Shown here in pieces: positions 48,108-60,100 of a DNA stretch of 64,000 nt (the stretch's first letter is position 1; the number at the start of each line of letters is the position of its first letter). The position numbers were made by a program, and so were the translations under genes. The notes below the pieces were generated by a model, which made no database searches, was not told the origin of the DNA, and worked only from the letters and a program-made list of their open reading frames with translations. This stretch comes from Bilabrum cf. latius (lineage: Eukaryota): assembly GCA_965178125.1 (NCBI GenBank), contig OZ237742.1, forward strand, positions 620,001-684,000, given 5' to 3'.

Positions 48108-51100
48108 TCACTGAATTTGTCCAGCAAGGTCATTGTCAGCGCCGGCCTACGCCTTGTCCTGCCCGTTCGTGCCGCCCTCCTCACCTTCCTCGACATCGGC
48201 GTCAGCGCGGACATCTAGTATGTCGAGGGTCGCGCCTCGAGCGTCATCCGCTAGGCCACCACTCATGAATGCCGAGGTTTCTGTCTTTAAGGCTGCCCGC
48301 AAAAGCAGCGCCTCTCGCTCAGCAGAGCGGGCATCGGCGTGGTGATCAGGCTGCACTGAGACCCGAGGCCCGCTGCGGTGCCTCCTGCGGTTTCGATGCG
48401 ATGCATGCGATGCAGCGACTTCGTCATCTTCATCGCTGCTGCTACCATCGCCGCCCTGGAGAATGTCCCGCTTCGTGCCGCTGGCTCCCCCAGACTTGCC
48501 GCCCTTGCCCTTTTGACGCTGTTGATCCTCAGCTGACGCCCCAACGATCCCGAGCGCCTCCAATGGATCCACCTCCTGCCCACCAGGAGCAGTATCACGT
48601 TCGTCATCATGGGCCTCTGCCCCACCGCGATTACCGCTGCTAGAGCCTCCATTGGTGCCATAGCTCGATTCGTCGCCTCCAGACCCGAGGAGCGCAGCTC
48701 GCAGCACGTCCAGAGTGATTCGTCTCGCCCCCTTGCTCTCCTCCTGCCCCTGCCCGCCCACCCCACCGCTACCATGCGTGGTCGAAGGCTACAGACCAAG
48801 CGACTGGACTGCGTCGCGGATCGCCATTCTAGCAGCTTGTGCCTAGCGCCTTGTCGGCAGCCGCGCGCCTGACTTTCCCCGGTGTCCAGACTGCCGACTG
48901 CTGCGGTCGAACTTCCCGAGACCCAACAGCCCAGCAGTCTCCGCGATCGTTGCATCTACTACAGTAGCTGCTAGCTTGGCTCTCCCAGACACCGACTCTG
49001 TCTAAAGGCTGTGAAGAGTGTGCTAGATCTGCTTCATCTGTTTCCTCAGCTTTCTCGCCTGCCGCCTGGCACGCAAATTTTCTTGGTTCTCGTTTCCATC
49101 ACCCTCGCTGTCTGATGACGTTGCTGCCGCAGGCTTCTTTTGTGCTGTTTCATGACCCCTCTCCTCATCTGAAGCACCGCTGTCACTGCGAGCATCGCTG
49201 CTCCACGCACTGTCATCGTGTTCCTCGGGGTCAACGCTAGGAGGCAGCGACTGCATACCCAGCATGGCACGACCTGCCGACCGCAGGAGTCGCTGCGCTG
49301 CAGTGCGCTGCAACAGAGAGACTCCCCGCTTTCCATTCATCAGGCCCGACCATCTCTTCAAAGATCGGCTGCCGGAGGCCCGGGCGTTTATATGGTGCGC
49401 TGTACCCGAGGAGCCGCCACCGCCTTGAAGCACCATGGCCGGACCTGCTGCCGCAACTTGAATCGCAGCAATATTGTCGCTGTCTTCCGACCCATACCCT
49501 CCGTCATCTGCGGCATCGTTGAAGACTCCATCGAGAGCTTGGCCAGGGTTACCGGATGTGCCTTCTGATTCAGCACTCTTTGCGGATCTGCAACACTACT
49601 CCCAGCAGCAGCAGCAGCAAAGCCAGGACAGCACTTTCAAGCAACCTCTCCACGCGCCAGCGCAGCACCGCATGCATGCTCCAGTGGAGGCCTGGCAGCA
49701 AGCGCAGCAGCAGTTACCGCACAGGAGCGCAGCAGACAGAGCAACCACACCGTTGAACACTCCCAGAAGTAGAACGTTCAGCGCAAAGAGCGGTCGTAAG
49801 CACCAATGCGCCTCACGACTGATCCGCTGTGCCGCTTTAAGTGATTCTCGCGACCCAAACGAAGGGCCAAACCTGTTGCCTGTCAGAAGAAGGGCATCCT
49901 GGGCATGAGATACGGCCACCGATGGATACGGGGCCTCTCCTTGTGCCCTCCCCGTCCAGGGTGCCACAGCGACAAGGATGGGTGGGGCGGCCAAGTCGCG
50001 CCGCTCAAGACCAAGGGCATCCTGCATGTCTTGCACTGAGGTGAAGACCTGGGCGTTCTGCACCGCAGAAGCACCGTTGGAGACATCGGTCCCCCGACGA
50101 AGCTCGAAGGCGCGACGCGCCCGCAGCGACTGAGGAATGTACTCAACACCATCTCTCTCCACCCTGCTGCTGATTGTGGAGGGGAGCAGGTTGCTCATGT
50201 TGATCTCCGGATGGCCAGACTTTTGCTGCTTTTGCCCATCGCTTTGCTCCTCTCTTTGCTCGCCCAAGGCGAAGCCCATCTCGTCGTCCAGGTCGCGAGC
50301 GAAGCTGCTCAATTCAGTCTAGGCTACGCCATCCTCGTTAACCCTCGCTGCACCCCCAAGCACCATGCGGGCACCCATTGATGCCAGTCTTGACAACTGT
50401 GTCTGCGCCTCGCGGTGAAGCGACTCGCGATTTGACTGCGGGTCAAGACTGGTCAGGCTCGGGGAGACCCCTTCTACCTACGACGCCCCTGACATGTTCC
50501 GCGCAGCCAAGGCACGTTCACGCACCAATTGGATCCGAAGCAGCGTGCTGGCCGTAACTTCCTCCGCATGGTCCTGGGCAGCTTCCTGGCTGTCAAGCAT
50601 GGCCTCGTCGGCTTCTGATCTCTCCATCATGGACGTGATGAGGCTGTTCCACTGCCGGCCGGAGTCCCGTCGCACAGAGGGGAAAATGCTCGAAATCAAC
50701 GCGATGTAAAGGTTCAATGAGGACACTGCAGTCACCACCACGAATGCCACGAGCATCATGGTGGCCAAGAACCGGTCAGTCGCCTTGAGGTCATCGATGC
50801 CTCCGAGCCCGAGCTGAAATAGACTCAGCATGGCCTTCCCGACCGTGTCGTAGTCCTCGTTCTAGCTGCCGATAGCAATATGCAAGCTGAGCCCAAATAG
50901 GACATGGAATGCTGCCAACAGCAGCAAGTACAGCACAACAGTACCATGCGACAAGGTACTGAATACGCTTACCAGCATTGGCCCTGCGCCAGGGAGCACC
51001 ATCAGAAACTGCACCACGCGTGCCGCTGCCAGCAGCGTAGTAATAGCAATCAGGTCAAACAGTCTGTATATCTGACTACCAACACCGTGCACATCGACGA

Positions 51101-54100
51101 ACAGTAGCGCAGGCGAGTCTGGCACGCTTGGATGAACCCTTGGCTACGAGGCAGTCCCTGCGAACAAGAAGCCAGCATCAGCAGCAGACACCGGCTCGAA
51201 GCCAGTGGATGATTCCGCAGACTCGCCGCCGAACCATAGCGAATGGGAGCTAGTTTCCCACAGCGACGGTGCTAAGGCCCCTCTACTCTTGGGGTCCACA
51301 ACAGCAGCTGCAGAGACGTCTGACGAGGGAATTCCACGGAGTCCGTGTCTCCGGATGGGCTCCAGCACATCTCGACCCTCCACTCGCCATCGCAAGATGA
51401 ACTCCTCCACCAGCAACCAAACCATGACTCCAAGCAGTATAAAATCGTATATCAGCCAGCCCTGAGCCGCTGACCACTGGCACCAACGACCACGCTTTTT
51501 GGATCTACCACTCGCAGACGGTGCCCCGGGCGTAGCCGCTGGACTCACCGTAGGGCTTGATCCTTCAATACGGTCGTACTAGCCTTCAGTGCCGCAGCAG
51601 CCACAGCAGTTGCACCAGTACTGCCAACAGCTGCAAGCCTGACACAAGCACCAGCCGCTGCTGGCTACGGGCTCAGCGAAGTCCGACTCTGTAGTTATCG
51701 CGGACTCTGTGTCGCTGTAGTAGTCCTCGTCCAACTCGCCAGCTGTCGCTTGCTCCTTTGCCGCAGCTGCCGCCTTCGCATCTAGAGCGCTCGCCTGCTG
51801 GTCCTAGTCGTCAGCAGCACCTCGCACAGCGATCGTCTCTGCCAGGGTTGAGCTTGCCCCTGACTGGATAGAACCTTGCCGTAGCATCCTGGATGTCGTG
51901 GCAGCCAGCTGGGCCAGGAACACGATCGCCATGACTAGTTCAAAGGGCAGCGAAGGCAGAAACCTTCCGCTAAATAGAAAGAATGGAAGCGCCGAAACGT
52001 GAACCGATGCTGACCCCAGTGACGAAAGAGTGCCACCGATAGTTCTGTTTGCGCCGACTTCGCCTGTGCCAGCCTCTGATGTTGCGTCAACTGCCCCATC
52101 CTCTGCAGCCACCTGCAGCCTAGTCTCAACGAGGGCCGCGGAGAGGATGCCTGATTGGTCATCGTACAAGGTGAAGGCGATATCGACCTTGAACGTAAAA
52201 CTGTCCACCAGAGGCACCAGAGAAGGGTGGTCGGCCACCTCCTCGTCTTCCAGCACAGACCGAATGCTCGGTAGGATGAGGCCGCCAGGCCGGGTGCACA
52301 GGGACACTCCGTTCATGTCGACCTCGGTAGAGTTGCACAGCAGCGCAGACTCTGCGGGCGACGGCGGCAGCCAAAACCTGTACGCCATGTCCGACATTGC
52401 GCCCGCCGCGCCGGCTAGCACTCGGTCCTGCCTGAGGATACGGTAGTCTTGGAGCGCGTCAGCATCGCTAAGCCTCCTGCTCTGGCCCGTATAGAACCAC
52501 CCTTCCGCGCTGATCTAGGACGATGCCGGCTTTCCTGGAACTCCAGAGGAGGCCACATCTCTGCCGCCTGACCTGCCAGCATGCAAGCCGCAGGCACCCA
52601 GCCCCTGCTTGGTACGCTGCGATGATCGGCATGCGATTCTGCTCTCCAGTGTCTCGCCAAGATCGTCCTCGCTGGACGCACGGATAGACATGGTTGGGAC
52701 TGCCCTGTACCGCGTGAATCGCAGTGGTCCAACCAGCTTAAACTGACCGAACCTGTTGACGAAGGGCGGTGGCAGGCTGCTGTCAACCACCGCCACGCCG
52801 TCTTCAGCAGACTGTTCGGACGATCCTGCATCGGCACTGTCATATCTGGGTGCAAAAATGGGTCCCCACCCATCTCCTGACAGCAGCCCCGTAGTTCCAA
52901 CCGATGGATCAAGGTCGCGCTGCAGAGATATTAGGGAACCATACGCTGCCTGGTCTCCAGCCGCAGTCTAGTTTCCGTTCAGTCGTAGGGCGGTCGCAGG
53001 AATAGGAAGCAGGGTACCAAGGACCCACTGTTTCCACTGCGCACTTGAATTGACGTTTGCTGCCGATGTTGCGAGCACTCTTTCGATCGTCTCGGCTGTG
53101 TCGACCAGACCTCTGGTGGGGAAGTCCCACGCAAATGGCGACACGAGAGACACGACGAACAGAAGAATAGCAAAGAGGAACACGCGCTGCAATGCCTACA
53201 GCAGTGCAAAGTTCTACCGCTCGTCTAGGGTTTGCTTCGCGGATGAAAGCAGTCGCGTCATCGCTTGTGCCTGCTTCTCCCTTCTCGACATCCTCGCCAG
53301 ATCTGCATTTGTTTGCTGGAGCAGCTGCTCTGCCTGCCGTTGGCGTCGCGCAGACCTGACAAACCCTGCGACAACGTCGGCCGTGTCTGTGCCCAGCGAC
53401 CCCTGCCCCAGTGCTTCTGCTTTGACGGTGGTACCCATCGATGGAGTGCTCCTTCTGTTTACCACCATTCGGACGACAGTTGGAGCCACGATTGAGCTGC
53501 CGCTATCGCAGCTGCCATCCTAAATCGCAATGAGCTCATTGATGGGCATCAGGTTTTTCTTCTTTGGTCTATCAGAATCACCATTATCCAGTGTATCTGC
53601 TGACAGCATTGCATCGGATGAGGACAGCCCTGCTTCCAGAGACAGAAGAGCCTCGTTTACCTTGGTCACTGCGCTGCGGGCGCGAGGAGAAGAAGCCACC
53701 CTTTCAGCGCCTGCAAGGCCAAATTCCTTCGCGTGAAACTCCTGAAAGCGCTTCAAGAATTCCTGAGCGATCTGATTCTCTTCATTCACCAGGTGAGCAG
53801 ACGCACCCAGTCCAGCAGTAGGTCCAGAGGAACTTGCGGTGAACTCAGGCCGAATTCCCACTCCTACACCAGCAGTCAGGCGGCGCTTGGATTCGCTCGC
53901 CTGCAGCGGACCCCGTTCACTGATGGATTCCGCAACAGTCCCAGTTCCTGGCCGAGGAGACCTGGAACCACCCGCTGCCCCGACGGTGGCAGCGTGCGCT
54001 GCGGCTGCGAGGGTGTCATGCGTTTGCCCTGACGACGTCGCAGACCCAGGCACGGTGAGCACCTGCCCACCCCCGCTGCCGCCGAATGGTCTCGGCGACA

Positions 54101-57100
54101 TGCGTATGCCTGATGGAGTGGGTGAATTAGAGCCAACTGATGAATCGTGGCCGAAGCGAGCGCTAAGCAGTGCAACTGCGTAGCGTGCCGCAACTGTCTT
54201 CCTAGCAATATCCAGCAAACCAGTCTCCGCACTTTCTACTGCCTGCGAAGAAGATTCAAGCTCTGAGAGCGCAGCCGCTCTCTGTTGCCGCAGCACATGA
54301 AGGTTTGCCCTCGCGGTCATGTGCGCGCGCAGAGCGCGCTGGTACGGCGAGAAACCCGACCCGTCAGCACGAGTGGGATCGGCTCCAAGAGAAAGGAGAA
54401 CAGAGGCTGCCGATCCCTACCGAGTTCGTACCGCCAAGCCCAGGGGTGAGAGTCGTCCGCCGCTCCACGGAGCCATCGACGAGGACCGCGAGCCGTGCGC
54501 ACTAAATAGTGGACTACCCTGGCGTTGAAGCTGTTGTTGCGCTTGCTTTGCCACCTATGCAAGAACAGCACCAGCACCATCGGCCGCATAAGCCCCAAAC
54601 ATTCGATACTGGGGACCCACAGGAAGCAACGGCCTGCACCAGAGAGCCTCTGGGGGCGCCTGGTCGCCACACATGACTTCTGGTGATCCATGTCTCCGCA
54701 GCCATGTCCGAAGCACCGCGCTGGCTCCAGGTACGTAGAACTCTTCAGGAGCTGTCATTTGCTGAGATTCGTTCAGCCTACCGCTGTAGCTCGAAATTTC
54801 ATCATGCGAGGCTCCTTGCGAGGATACCACGCTGCTCTTGCCTGCTGCAACCAATACGTGCAGGAGGGCAGACGCAGCATCACCGTCTAGCATTCCCATC
54901 TTCAGCATCAATCGTGCAAGCAGTGTTTCTTGGACAGTTGCGGAGGAACCAGGCAGTGAAGCCTGCCTTCGATATCGCGGACTTTCGTGAACCGATGTTG
55001 GTTCGTCTGCAGTTCCAGCCGCGAATCCAACTCGCCGAGAAGACGGTGCAGTCTTGCTTGAGCCACAGCATCCATCCCGAGCGCATCGCGACCCACAGTA
55101 CCCGCAGCAGCACGAATAGTTGTGATCAAAGCTCCTGCTCATGGGCCACCACACCATGCAGCAGCCGCAGAAGCAGCACGCCCACACAAGCCACAGCAGA
55201 AGATCACCCAGCCATGAACAGCAGGACCTACGCGGCGAGGTGCTTGAAGCAGCTCTCGGACTATCAGCACTATTTCCACTCAGAAGACCAAGCTTTGCAG
55301 CGCTCTACCACTTCTTTGCAGTTTCAAGTCGAGCTTGACGTTGCACGCCAGGGTCCACTTTGTTTTCGTCGGGTGTCTCGCCTCCTGACGAGCCGTTAGT
55401 GCCGTTCACCTCTTTCTAGGGCCGTTTGAGCACTTGCAAGCGAGCCTCATGGACGCTTGAATGCGAGTTATTCGTCTCGCTGGGGTCTGCAGCCACGTGA
55501 AGGTGGCGCTTAGATACCTGCCTTCCGATCTCCCTTGAAGATGGTGTGCGGCCAGACCTAGACGATATCAAGTTCTCAACGCGAGGAGATGCCGATGTCG
55601 AAGCAGACGACTTGACGCCGGGCTGCAACGCATCGTCGACGTGAATCCAGGGCAGACTTGCGCCTGGTGGGACTGCGGCGAGCGCTCGTTGGAGAGGAGT
55701 AGCTCCTCTATCCTCACCCTTCCGCATTGCGACACCCACACCTTCAACTACGCTAGCAGGAACAGATGGAAGTTCGTCTACAGCATGCACACCATCGGCA
55801 GTCCCACTATTGGAGTCAACGGCAGCATCTACGGCTCTGGTTCTTCCGTCTTTGCCAGTTGTTCCCCACAGTGCGTGTTCTCGTCTCTGCCGATTTCGAG
55901 AATTGAGGACAGCGGCAGCAAGTGACGTACCTGCATCACCATGGACACCTGCATGACGATCAAATGCGACGCTAGCCTACCCAGAGGACGCCGATTCAAG
56001 CTCGTAGCCCCCCTTTCTCGAGGCTGCTGCGCCAATTAATGCCACCATGGAAGCGTTCCCCGAGAGGACCGCTGCATGCAGAGCATTGAAGCCCATTCGA
56101 TCTGCTTGTCGAACCGATGCTCCAGATGCCAGCAATGCGGTGCACAACCTCGCATGACCTCTCACAACCGCCGCGACCAGAGCAGTGATACCCTAAGAAT
56201 CTGCTTTCTGAACTTCAGCGCCAGCATTCAACAGCAGGCGAGCAACCCCCACATTGCCGGCACGGGCTGCCAGCATGAGCGGGGTCTAGCCCAGAAAGTT
56301 GATGCAGTCTACAGCAGGCTCTGGCTACATTTTCGGCCTCCGGTTGCGCATTGCCAAGATAACGCTGGCTAGGCCAACATCGCCGACCAGAGCGCTTCGC
56401 AGCAGCAACTAGCTCCACAGCTGGCGTTTCACTGCGAGGAGAACAGCCTACTCAGTACGTGAGGCCTCAGCTGCAAAATTCGACAGCTTTTCTGTCGCTT
56501 TTCGAATCTATTCGAGGACATCGATTCCTTTGGATTCCGTTGGAGCCACAGAATCAGCGTGTGCTGTGCCTGCGACCTGCCCGCTGATCTTTGCGTCGAT
56601 GGCATCGCCAGGAGAACTAGCAGGCTTGCTTTCACCTTTTCCAAGGTCTCCATGCAGCTCTGGACTTGATCGTGTGACTCCAATGGCCTCGCCGTCCATG
56701 AGCTCCTCCTGCTCCTCGTCGACTTCCAGCTGCCTGATCTCGTTGTGCTCGGCCTCCTCCAACTCTTGTGCGAGCTGAGTCTGCGGCACAATCCTGTAGC
56801 CCATGGCTACGACAGCTTTAACGAGCTCTTCAGCCTAGCTTCGGTTACCACGCTAGTCCTCTGGAGGCAACAGCTCGAACGGGCGCAGCAGGGCAGACGT
56901 CTGAACCTCTACCCTCGTCGTAGCGTGCCGCTCCTGCCTTGCGCCGCGCTTGCCCGCCTGACTCTTGATGATCTTCACAATGGGGCGACCGTCACCATGC
57001 ACCACACCCTTCTTCATTTGCTCTAGAGACCAAGTCTCGTGGTAATTTCTTGCGAGCAATTCGCACAGGCTTCTCTGCACAGAGTCCAGGCGCACTGTGC

Positions 57101-60100
57101 CGACGTCAATGAGCTCGTCGCTGAGAATATCAGCAAGGCTCGTTGCTCGAGATTGTGGTGTAGGCGGTGCGTTGAATTGTTGCATTGTACCCCTTCGACT
57201 GTGCATCATGCTAAGAGATCCACGGCTGCTGGCCCGCGAGCCGAGCGATCGCTCGCTCTAGAACTTGCTTGGTGACGTCGAGCTCACGCTGGGCTGCACT
57301 GCCTGCGCAGATACCACAGAGGCGAAAGATGCTCTCCCATCGACACCGCCAGCAACCACATCGCCCAGTCCCGGACTACTTTTGAGTGCTTTTCCCATGG
57401 CAAGGGCCAGCTTCGGGGGCCTTCGCGATGCGCCCGCTGACCCTTCCGAGCCGGTGCCTGGGCTGTCGCTTGCAGCCGGTGCGGCCAGTATCGCTTCAAC
57501 TCCTTGCTGCAGTCCAGCATCACCACCACCAGTCGTTGCATTGATAGGGGGAAGGGATGGGGTAGAACTGCTACCAGCCATTCTTCTCTCGTCAGCTTCA
57601 TCCTCATTGTCTTTGCCGGGATCATCGTGCTCTTCAAAGCTGCTCACCTGTCCGCTGACCAATTGAACCTGACCTGGGAGCGAAGAAGATGCTGCGGAAG
57701 ACTCGTCTTCATGACCATGTTCGAGGCTCTCTACGTTCTCGGGAGTAGTAGGCTGCGTCTCATCCACACCTGATGATGCGGCAGAGACAACACTCCGATT
57801 CGATTTCCCGAGCATTCCGAGTAAGGCCCTCCTGCTCCTGTCCTTGAGGATGACTAGCCGACTCACGCCCTTCATTAGCTCATTTCCACGCCTGCTTTCC
57901 TTCGACTGCTCTGTCCCAGACCCTGCAGCAGGCTCTGAACCTCCCTAAGACTCGGCAGCACGGCTTCCCCCTTCATCACAGGATGCTGCAATTGACCTCA
58001 CTACGTTGCCTGATGCATGCGAGCCTGCTGCTCCCGGACTACGACTAGATGCGTGAGCAGACTATGAAAGCTGATCGGACATCTGGTGCCCCGTGCCACC
58101 GTCGTGATCATTGTCATCATCGTGCCCCTCCCCGACCAAAACTCGAGCGGCATTATCTCCCATGTTGGTTTCGCGCATCGCATCTGTGCGTCCGTCTTCA
58201 GCCGGCGGGGCCTGCAGCACAAATCCGAGGGCGGCAATGAGCTTAAGGCTGTCATGCGCCGCCTTAAGGTTGTTCTCTTGCCCATCTGCATCCAAGGAAG
58301 CAAAAGTTCGCAACAGCGGGTGCAGCTTCTTGCTGTTGTCACGCTTTGCACCAAATCTCCAGCCCTGACCCAGCCGCATGAGCGCCCATACCGTGTGGCT
58401 ATTGCGCGCCAGTGCTCGCTTCAGGCATTCAATGTGGGCTTTTTTGAGGTCTGTCTCTGCTTCAAGGACCTCTTTGACTTCTGGGGCACCTTCTAGTCGC
58501 GTTGTATCGAGGTTGAAGAGGATGTCCTCGTCCTCTTCGTGGTCAATGTCGGCTTCATCATCGTCATCGTCGTCATCATCGTCATCGTCCTCATCAGACG
58601 ATGAGTCAGAGCTAGCCTCGTCAAGGAGCGCCAGTTCCTCTTGTTCTGAAAGACCCACCGCACCTGCAGCACCAGATGACACGCCTACCTCGGTGTCGAT
58701 GACACCCTCAGCCAGCAATTCCTGCCCCAGAGATGCGCGCTTGACATGTCCATGACCACCTGCCTCCCTTCCGTGGCCGTGCTTGCCATTGAATAGCTAC
58801 CGCACGGCGTCTTCGCTGCTCTTCGCAGTTGACGATGGCGAATGCGGCCCGGTTCCTGGTGATGAATCTACCGTGCCCGGTAGGCTATCAGCAGCCGGTA
58901 CATGTTCCGGCGGTTCGGTAGCCGCAGCCATGCCTGCATCCAGCTAGTCTGCTCTGTGATCGATGCCGACCCCAGCCCCAATTTCCATCTCTCGTCGATT
59001 TCGAAGCATCCTCCGGATGGCACGCTTTCGAAGCTTCCGCCTGGCCTTTCGTTCCTCAAGAACAATCCTGACCTGTGCCTTTGTGAGCGCAGATCGAATG
59101 GCCTTGCGCGTGGCTGGAATGTCCACCGTGACGTCGTCCTCGCCAGTGTCAACCGGCGCTGGCCTGTACGCCATGATCCTCTATTCCTCGCTTTCGTCGG
59201 CCCTGATGGCCCGACATGAGTGTCTAGGGCACTCGCAGAAGCGAGGCGTCGAGGAGAGCCCCAGGCGATGCAGATGTGGGATGGCACTGATCGGGGGCGC
59301 GATCAACGAGGGGGCCCCAAATGGCGCACCTCCCGGCCCTCGAAGCACGAGTGGCGCACCGCCGCCCACGTGAGCATGCAGGCCACCGGCACCGCCAGTG
59401 TCAGCATCCAAAGCATAGCTGTCTGCGACAGCATCCCAGACATACGCCCCGATAGCAGCGACTTCTTGTCCTGCCTCCTGCTAGTACCTGGTGGCTGCCT
59501 CTACCTCTCTGATCGCGGCATTTGGCGATAGGTTTACTCCATGCCTGTGGCACTGCACTGCACATGCCTGGCAGACTACCTTCCCACACCCCGGGAAGTC
59601 GCACCGAACCAGATGCTATCGGATTGGGTTGTTGTAGCCTGCGTACTCAAATGAGCATCCGCACCTGTGCTTTTGCAGCACTGCTGTGCGGACCGCAGCA
59701 GACCACACGTGCTTCGAGACCGGGTTGCGGCGACGAGCCAGTAGACCAGAAAATGCCGGCGCGTCGAATGATAGCACCGACCACTCAAGCATCTCACCAA
59801 GAGTGCGCGCCCCTGTGCGAGCAGGCCTTGCATCTGCTGCAAGAAGCATGGAAGCCCCAGGCCAGTCGGCCTGGCGGAGAGCTAGGTCGCATGCCGTGTG
59901 CCCATACGCAGAAGCTACGTTTCGTCTCGATGTGAGTCGCCACGGCGCAATTGCAGTTGGAAGGGCCATGCCAGCCGTTCGAGTGACCCAGTCAACGCCC
60001 TGGTCCGCGACGACACTAGCCACTCGCAGGACGGCTTCTGCAGGGGTTTCCTTTCTGCCGCTGCTAGTCTCGCCCGGGTCATTCAATAATAGACCGTCTT

